64,000 nucleotides of DNA, from NCBI GenBank assembly GCA_002269645.1, contig NIVC01003576.1:26212-90211 (forward strand), written 5' to 3'. The notes under the pieces were generated by a model. The model was given only the letters and a program-made list of their open reading frames with translations. It did no database searches and was not told where the DNA came from. Every line of letters starts with the position of its first letter. The stretch's first letter is position 1. Shown here piece after piece: positions 56,621 to 64,000 of this stretch. A program made the translations under genes and the position numbers. This stretch comes from Macrostomum lignano. Taxonomy: Eukaryota.

Positions 56621-57382
56621 ATGAAATTCCATCGCGACCAAGTCCTGAGCGGTTCGCTCAACCTGCACATCCGCAAGCTGAATGACAGCTACTTCATCGC
56701 CGAGATCGATCCCGAAGCCATGGCTGGGGCTGGCAACCGGACCAAAGGCGATCAGGGCGGCGAGGTTCTCTACGTTGTTGCCGTCGTTTTTCTCTGGGGC
56801 TTCTCCATCGTCCTCATGATCGCGTCCTACGTGCGCAAGAACCGCATGGACAACAACGTCTCGCTGTACTTGAAGGAGATTCAAACTGTGCAGCGTCGAA
56901 CTCGGAAGGAGAAGATTCTGCGCCTCATCAGCCTGCTCCAGTCCGGCGCGGGAGGAACCAGCAGCGGTCGAGGCGACTCCACGGCTACCAGCGGCCCAGA
57001 AGCGGCTCCGATGCTGCCGGGAATTCATCGAGTGAGCTCGAACTCGTCCGGCCTGAGCTGTTCATCGCCGTCTCCATCGCCAGTGCTGGATCAGAGAGAG
57101 CCGATGCGCTGTCACCACCAGCAAACTGTTGAGCTGTGGCCGCCGAGCCGGCCTGAGGCAAGTCAGCTGGCCGTCAGCGCGGATCCGAAGGTGAAGCGCC
57201 ACAGCTACGGCTGCTTCCTGCCCGAGATCTGCATTGAAAGCGACGTCGATCTAACGACTGAAGCAGTCGATCAGTCGTCGGTCTCAGACTTTGGTGAGGC
57301 CAAGGAACTGTTGGAAGATCAGCGCCAGGTGGAGACAACTGGTAGAAACGGCAGACACGAGCAACTCATCACTGAGCTGTGA
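56621..57382 (+). CDS. Single-pass membrane protein, KCNE/MinK-like (253 aa from ATG 56621; ORF open from 56540)
   Basis: GC-rich, coding-like composition from 56621. No signal peptide; two N-terminal sequons (NDS, NRT); one TM segment, EVLYVVAVVFLWGFSIVLMIASYVRKNR, followed by a S/P-rich tail. The TM segment aligns gap-free with KCNE1 [28 protein letters not shown] (10 of 28 identical, from memory of KCNE1). Confidence 0.78.
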   Translation: MKFHRDQVLSGSLNLHIRKLNDSYFIAEIDPEAMAGAGNRTKGDQGGEVLYVVAVVFLWGFSIVLMIASYVRKNRMDNNVSLYLKEIQTVQRRTRKEKILRLISLLQSGAGGTSSGRGDSTATSGPEAAPMLPGIHRVSSNSSGLSCSSPSPSPVLDQREPMRCHHQQTVELWPPSRPEASQLAVSADPKVKRHSYGCFLPEICIESDVDLTTEAVDQSSVSDFGEAKELLEDQRQVETTGRNGRHEQLITEL

Positions 57383-58725
57383 ACAAATGGCATGTACATG
57401 CATGCATATATGAAGATGATTTGAATATCTTACGTCGAAGTTACAATGACTCCAACTTTTCTGGAGTAGAAAGATTGGATAGCTTGTTTCTTAGAAAGTC
57501 TGAGGAAAAAAAGCAAAAATACATAGGGCATCCTGTATACATGTGTAGGGGATTGCCTACTAAAGAGTAGCAAGAAAAGAGTGTTAAGCGTATCTTACAA
57601 ATGATAGCTCGAACGAGCATTAAGGTTGGTTAACCAGCCTATATATAGGCTTTCGCGATTTGAACTCTTTTGAGCACACAGTTTGCACTTATAAATCTTA
57701 GCTCGTACACTGTCTGACAGAAAGCTCTTATTCGACTCTTTTCAGTCGTATACCTGAGCACTTACTTTACAAAAGGCGAAAGAACGTTTTCGTAGCAATC
57801 ACAGTATAATCTACGTATACACCACGTATAATACTAACTACAAACTAAAAATATAAGGCATAAATTGTTAAATCTTTGGCCTGGCTGTCGGGAAACTGAT
57901 GATTGGTTCGTCTTTGCTAATTTGCTAACTTCTAACTCTTTGTTACGAGCGTATTGCAAGTTCCTTTTTGGGAATTGCTGGTAGGAAATCCTTATACGAG
58001 AAAAATTTTTTCTGCTAAGTCTGTCACTACCGAAACAAGTTCAACGTATAGCATGGTTATGGATCGAACTGGTAAGTCATCATCATTGCAATTCTATATT
58101 TTATTAATGGAATCAAACTCATACTTTGAACTACCTTGACTTAGGTACAACTATATCTAGGAGCTAAAATGATTTCACGATTTCATGAATTATCAGATAA
58201 CTAGACTTCCGACTCAGAAAGGCTATCACTCAAAAACCTGCTAGTTCGCACATTGCCACTATTAACTGTGTCTAAATATATTATAATATTTCGAAACTCA
58301 ACCTCTTGTGTCCAATTTGCTCCTCAGGTGGCGCTACCGAGCGATTTGGGGGGGGGGGGTCTCCCCAAAAAATGGAAGGCATAGGAGCGTTCTGCGATCT
58401 TTTCATTTCCGAGACTGTACGCTCGTAACAGCGGACCTGCCTAATCTGGTGCGCGTTCTCCGAAATCCCAGCGACGAAAATATGTCCAGAGAGGAAACTC
58501 GAGGTTTGAAAGCACTGAGGAGGACTAAGCATAGAAACTTTGTTCAACTTCTGAGGTGCACGGTTGAACACCAATGCGGATGCAATCGAAATGTTTCTTT
58601 AGCAAATAAAAGGCGAGACCATCACACAGCTTATTAAAAAGCATGAACTGCTTAGCGGACTGATGGCTACGAGATCAGGAGCGGGGCTAACCAATATTCT
58701 GATGCTTGAGCTGCTAAACTGTACC

Positions 58726-59322
58726 TCTTGCACTGCTTTATCCACTCCGAACAATGTACACCGATGGTGGTTGCTCTAAACTGTGCCTCTTTCACTGCTT
58801 TATCCACTCCGAACAATGTACACCGATGGTGGTTGCTCTAAACTGTGCCTCTTTCACTGCTTTATCCACTCCGAACAATGTACACCGATGGTGGTTGCTC
58901 TAAACTGTGCCTCTTTCACTGCTTTATCCACTCCGAACAATGTACACCGATGGTGGTTGCTCTAAACTGTGCCTCTTTCACTGCTTTATCCACTCCGAAC
59001 AATGTACACTGATGGTGGTTGCTCTAAACTGTGCCTCTTGCACTGCTTTATCCACTCCGAACAATGTACACTGATGGTGGTTGCTCTAAACTGTACCTCT
59101 TGCACTGCTTTATTCACTCCGAACAATGTACACTGATGGTGGTTGCTCTAAACTGTGCCTCTTTCACTGTTTTATTCGCTCCTAACAATGTACACTGATG
59201 GTGGTTGCTCTAAACTGTGCCTCTTTCACTGCTTTATTCGCTCCTAACAATGTACACTGATGGTGGTTGCTCTAAACTGTGCCTCTTTCACTGCTTTATT
59301 CGCTCCTAACAATGTACACTCA
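58726..59322. repeat. 62-bp minisatellite (AAACTGTGCCTCTTTCACTGC...GGTGGTTGCTCT)n
   Basis: About 9.5 copies with a gradient of variants along the array. Confidence 0.95.
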
Positions 59323-60335
59323 TGGTACTATATCGAGTCAATTTATTATTAAAACTATCGATATTAAAAATGAATTTCAAATTTAGTGCCACATGCGACA
59401 AAGCTATTTAGCTATACTGACAACCCGATCAAGAACTTTAATCATCGGGTAGCAATATATTTTCTTTACAAATATGACCAAATTTGCTGACAAGATTCAC
59501 ACAAATTAAAAATAATTACACTTGTGGAGGAGAATCGGTAGCGCAAGAAAAAAATAATTAGCATGACACTTAGCCAAATGATGTCTAAAATATTTCAAAA
59601 TATATAGTATAGTAAAAAACACAGACGTCAGATAATGAAAGCGCAATATCTAAAAAATACGAACTTCGTAAGCAGTCAACGCACCTGTACACACCTGGAT
59701 GATATTCAAGTTAGTAGAAATTGCAGCATAAGTAGTGTGCAGCGAGTGTGCTTAGTACACGACAATCAGAGAAATGTGAGACCAAATTATAAGAAACAAT
59801 TTTTATGCATAAAATTATTTACAGTGGCCACTTACTGTAATTTACTACTATCAGATACATCTAATGTAAAATTATTTTCTTAAAAATAGAAAAGATTAGC
59901 ATTATACATTATTGGCAGTTTAAGTTTCCAATTTAACAATACTGTATTTTTTAATATTTGAATGGAAACTGCACAAATTGAATCGCAATTCTGCAATCAT
60001 GATTTACAGGATAAAAATAGAGATGATAGAATCGGAGTTTTTTTTTATAAAATTAGTGCGTGACATCAAACAGGAAAGATCACTGAAATAACTAGATAGG
60101 TCACTCGCTAAAATTCGCCTATTCATTCTTTTTCATTAGCAAATTTAGGTTTTCTGCCTTTATTTATGAAATTGCTTTTTTATGAAGACATTTAGTTTCT
60201 GAAGCTACACTTAAAGCCAGTGCTTTTGCAGAGCGAGCAAGAGAGAAAAGGGATGGCACCCCAGCCCCCAGCCAGGCTGATAAACAGTTGGACTTTTCTC
60301 GTGCCTGCTTGTGTCTGACTTTGACATCTTATCAT

Positions 60336-60726
60336 ACTGCTCTCTCATTGGCTGAGCTAGATTGGGCCTGCCCCCTAGGCTGAGTTTCGTCCGTCTAACT
60401 TTAACCTCTCTCCTTACTGCTCTCTCATTGGCTGAGCTACTCGTAGATTGGGCCTGCCCCCTAGGCTGAGTTTCGTCCGTCTAACTTTAACCTCTCTCCC
60501 TAGTGCTCTCTCATTGGCTGGGCCAGATTGGGCCTGCCCCTAGGCTGAGTTTCGTCCGTCTAACTTTAACCTCTCTCCTTACTGCTCTCTCATTGGCTGA
60601 GCTACTCGTAGATTGGGCCTGCCCCCTAGGCTGAGTTTCGTCCGTCTAACTTTAACCTCTCTCCCTAGTGCTCTCTCATTGGCTAAGCTAGATTGGGCTG
60701 CTCCCCCTAGGCTGAGTTTCGTCCGT
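60336..60726. repeat. 79-86-bp tandem repeat organised as a 165-bp dimer
   Basis: Unit starts at 60336, 60416, 60502, 60581 and 60667; alternating variants give a 165-bp period. Each unit carries two ATTGG (CCAAT) motifs. Confidence 0.9.
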
Positions 60727-61399
60727 CTTGTGTTCAATTACATCGAATTAAATGCCTGTTGTTCATTCTCAACCCAATATTCTCGGGCCGCAAACCCAGA
60801 GGAAAGAAAAGCCAAAAGCCACATAAATTTAAGTGACACTTTTCAGTAGCGCAGAAAAACTACTGAAAAAGAGTAGACGCCTACTTTTTCACAACTTTTA
60901 AAAGTGACGCATCTAGTTGTGTCAGTTTCTGTAAGTAACACCAAGCAAAGGTAATAAATCAAAATATACTCGCTTCATCCGGGAATCAAACGTTAGATTA
61001 AAACATCGATAAATCTTTATACAATAGAGAATGACACTAATAGCTCGTACAAGTAATCTACTAGTGTAAGTCCGCAGTTCGATGAATCCACAAGCGTTGT
61101 GTAGCATTGGTTTCAAGCTAACCTATGGGGTTTGCTTATATGCGAAACTGCGAGCTTGTAAGGCTGGTAATTGTACGAGTAGTAAAAAAAACTATCGGGT
61201 TTAGGAAATTTTCCAGCTTGTAATCTTGTCCGAAATTTTTGTCATTTCCAGCTTATGTAATTTCGAACCTGGTCCTTTCAAGAGTTTTTTTTCGTAATTT
61301 CAAAGTTATGTCATTTTGAACTTGCGTCATTTTTATATTTGTCATTTTGTCGAACTCTACATTATTTGGAGCCTGTGCACCCCACCGACCCCAGCCAAA

Positions 61400-64000
61400 T
61401 CAAGCAATAGCATTGGCATCCCAGTTAACCACCAGACCGCCATTGTTATCAGTAGGAGACTGCTGCTGCGGATCCCCATCACAGGAGGAGGCCTGCAAGC
61501 TAGCGGGCGGTGTGTAAGCCTCGCCCTCTGCTCGATAATACCGATTCGCTTCCCGTTCAATTCGAATCACTCTCTCGCAGTCGGCCAGGTAAGTCAGCGA
61601 GCAGGCTAGGAAGGCGCCGCCGCCCAGCACGGACACGAAACAGCAGCAGTACATGGCCAGCTGCAGGGCGCTGAATTTCACAGCTACCGAGGCCGAGTTT
61701 TTGGCAATCAGATCCGACGCCAGGCCAACCAGGTAAGGCGAACCGGCGTCTCCCAGCAGGTGGCTGGCCAATATATTGATACTAGTAGCCATTGACCGCC
61801 TGGTTGGCACCGTCACTCTCAGTGTGATCTCATTAACCAGAGCCCAGTTCAAGCACAGCAGCAACTCCGTGGCGAACATCAGCACCAAGGTTAGGTACAC
61901 GCTAACTGGCACCAGGTACAGGGTGGCCCACAGGAACGGGCCAGCCAGCAACAGGCCTGCGCCGTTCACAATGGGATCAATATTCGGCATTCGATGGCGC
62001 AGCGCCTGGCGATCTCGCTGCCCAGCGCCACCCGGCGATGCCAGCCACGCAGGTGACAATGCCGAAGCCCAGGGCGGCTTGGTCGGGTTTAACTGGGCCG
62101 CCGCGCAATTGCAGATCCAAGTCCAGCATCAGCGGAGTCCACCAGGTCAGGGCGCCGGCTACGAAGGCAACAGCGGTGAAGCCGAGGGTGTTGAGCATGA
62201 AGCTGCGATTGCGCAGCAGATGGCGGACATCGTCCCGCCAGGAGGTGGCGTGCATGTGCGTGGATTTCTCGGCTTGGCCGCAGGCCGGCTCCCGGAACTG
62301 GAGCAGCAGCAACAGGACGCAGACCACGCCTTGGAAAGGGTTTGGGAGATTCTGATAAGATCTACCTGAAGATTTCATTACTCAACCTGAAGATTTCAAT
62401 AATCTACCTGAAGATTTCAATAATCTACCTGCAGATCTACGTGAAGATTTCAATAATCTACCTGAAGATTTCAATAATCTACCTGCAGATCTACGTGAAG
62501 ATTTCAATAATCTACCTGAAGATTTCAATAATTTACCTGAAGATTTCAATAATCTACCTGAAGATTTCAATAATCTACCTGCAGATCTACGTGAAGATTT
62601 CAATAATCTACCTGAAGATTTCAATAATCTACCCGAAGATTTCAATAATCTATCTGAAGATTTCATTTATCTACCTGAAGATTTCATTTATCTACCTGAA
62701 GATTTCAATAATCTACCTGAAGATTTCAATAATCTACCTGAAGATTTCAATAATCTACCTGAAGATTTCAATAATCTACCTGAAGATTTCAATAATCTAC
62801 CCGAAGATTTCAATAATCTACCCGAAGATTTTAATAATCTACCTGAAGATTTCAATAATCTATCTGAAGATTTCATTTATCTACCTGAAGATTTCATTTA
62901 TCTACCTGAAGATTTCAATTATCTACCTGAAGATTTCATTTATCTACCTGAAGATTTCAATTATCTACCTGAAGATTTCAATTATCTACCTGAAGATTTC
63001 AATAATCTACCTGAAGATCTACGTGAAGATTTTATTAATCTACCTGAAGATTTCAATTTAATCTACCTGAAGATTTCAATAATCTACCTGAAGATTTCAA
63101 TAATCTACCCGAAGATTTCAATAATCTACCTGAAGATTTCAATAATCTATCTGAAGATTTCATTTATCTACCTGAAGATTTCATTTATCTACCTGAAGAT
63201 TTCAATTATCTACCTGAAGATTTCATTTATCTACCTGAAGATTTCAATTATCTACCTGAAGATTTCAATTATCTACCTGAAGATTTCAATTATCTACCTG
63301 AAGATTTCAATAATCTACCTGAAGATTTCAATAATCTACCTGAAGATTTCAATAATCTACCTGAAGATATACGTGAAGATTTTATTAATCTACCTGACGA
63401 TTTCAATAATCTACCTGAAGATTTCAATTTATTCTACCTGAAGATTTCAATTTATTCTACCTGAAGATTTCAATAATCTACCTGAAGATTTCAATCATCT
63501 ACCTGAAAATTTTATTAATCTACCTGAAAGTCCAATAATCTACCTGAAGATTCGGAGATAATCTACCTGAATATACCGAGATAATCTATCTGAGGATCCA
63601 GATACTATTACAGAGATCCAGCAGCAGGATAATAAGCCCTTTAACAACCTCAATCCTCTGAACAGCAAAACAACAATCCTAAAACTTGAAACTCACCAAG
63701 ACCTGGCGTGACCCGTAGCGCTGATCTCCAGCTATCGGCTGCCTGAGCCACCTGGCCGCCAACCACGTAGCCCAGACCGCTGCCCAGGGGTACCTGCAGA
63801 TTGAACACAATCAATGCCACGGTGCGAGCGTCGCCCACAAACAAATCGGCCACAATAGGTGTTGACACCGTAATATAGAGGCTTCGCCAATGCCAACTAG
63901 GCAACGGGTTAGCAGGAACAGGCCGAACTGGTTCTTAGGCACGAACGAACTGGCCAAAGTGACCGCAGACCAGGCGAGCACACCGCCAATCATGATGGTC
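61400..64000 (-). CDS. SPNS1: Spinster (SPNS1-like) lysosomal MFS transporter, 3' part; three 1-nt frameshifts; truncated by the window end
   Basis: Exons >64000-63697 and 62329-61400 (stop); intron GTGAGT..CCAAG, phase 1. Motifs: [47 protein letters not shown]|[59 protein letters not shown]. Frame slips at ~63877, ~62032 and ~62002. Confidence 0.88.
62362..63600. repeat. 21-bp minisatellite (ATCTACCTGAAGATTTCAATA)n filling the Spinster intron
   Basis: About 58 copies occupying most of intron 62330-63696. Confidence 0.97.

Overview
This is eukaryotic (animal) genomic DNA. GC-rich exons sit in AT-rich spacer, and roughly a third of the window (about 23 kb by my hand tally) is micro/minisatellite. 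Together with a motile-cilia gene and intron-poor neuronal genes, this style suggests a free-living flatworm such as Macrostomum (inference, not established). Supported genes: the last three exons of an SLC17-family anion transporter (+), a 108-aa amidated-neuropeptide precursor (-), CFAP298/C21orf59 (+, 3 exons, 290 aa), RPF1 (+, 3 exons), an uninterrupted single-exon Slo1/BK channel (+), a single-TM KCNE/MinK-like protein 2.8 kb downstream of it (+), and the 3' part of a Spinster/SPNS MFS transporter (-, three 1-nt frameshifts). Mobile DNA: a 5.3-kb LOA-type non-LTR retrotransposon with an 8-bp TSD, two tRNA-derived SINE copies, a 996-bp fold-back mariner derivative and several decayed MITE-like elements. 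Best leads: (1) an HDV-like self-cleaving ribozyme whose predicted cleavage site coincides with the TSD-defined 5' end of the retrotransposon; (2) a KCNE-like protein beside an intronless BK channel, a candidate invertebrate channel/auxiliary-subunit pair; (3) an allatotropin/orexin-like peptide, GFRDSLRFATNY-amide; (4) introns filled almost wall-to-wall by gene-private minisatellites. Most long ORFs in the supplied track are translations of tandem repeats and were rejected. All homology calls come from motif recognition by eye; no searches were run.
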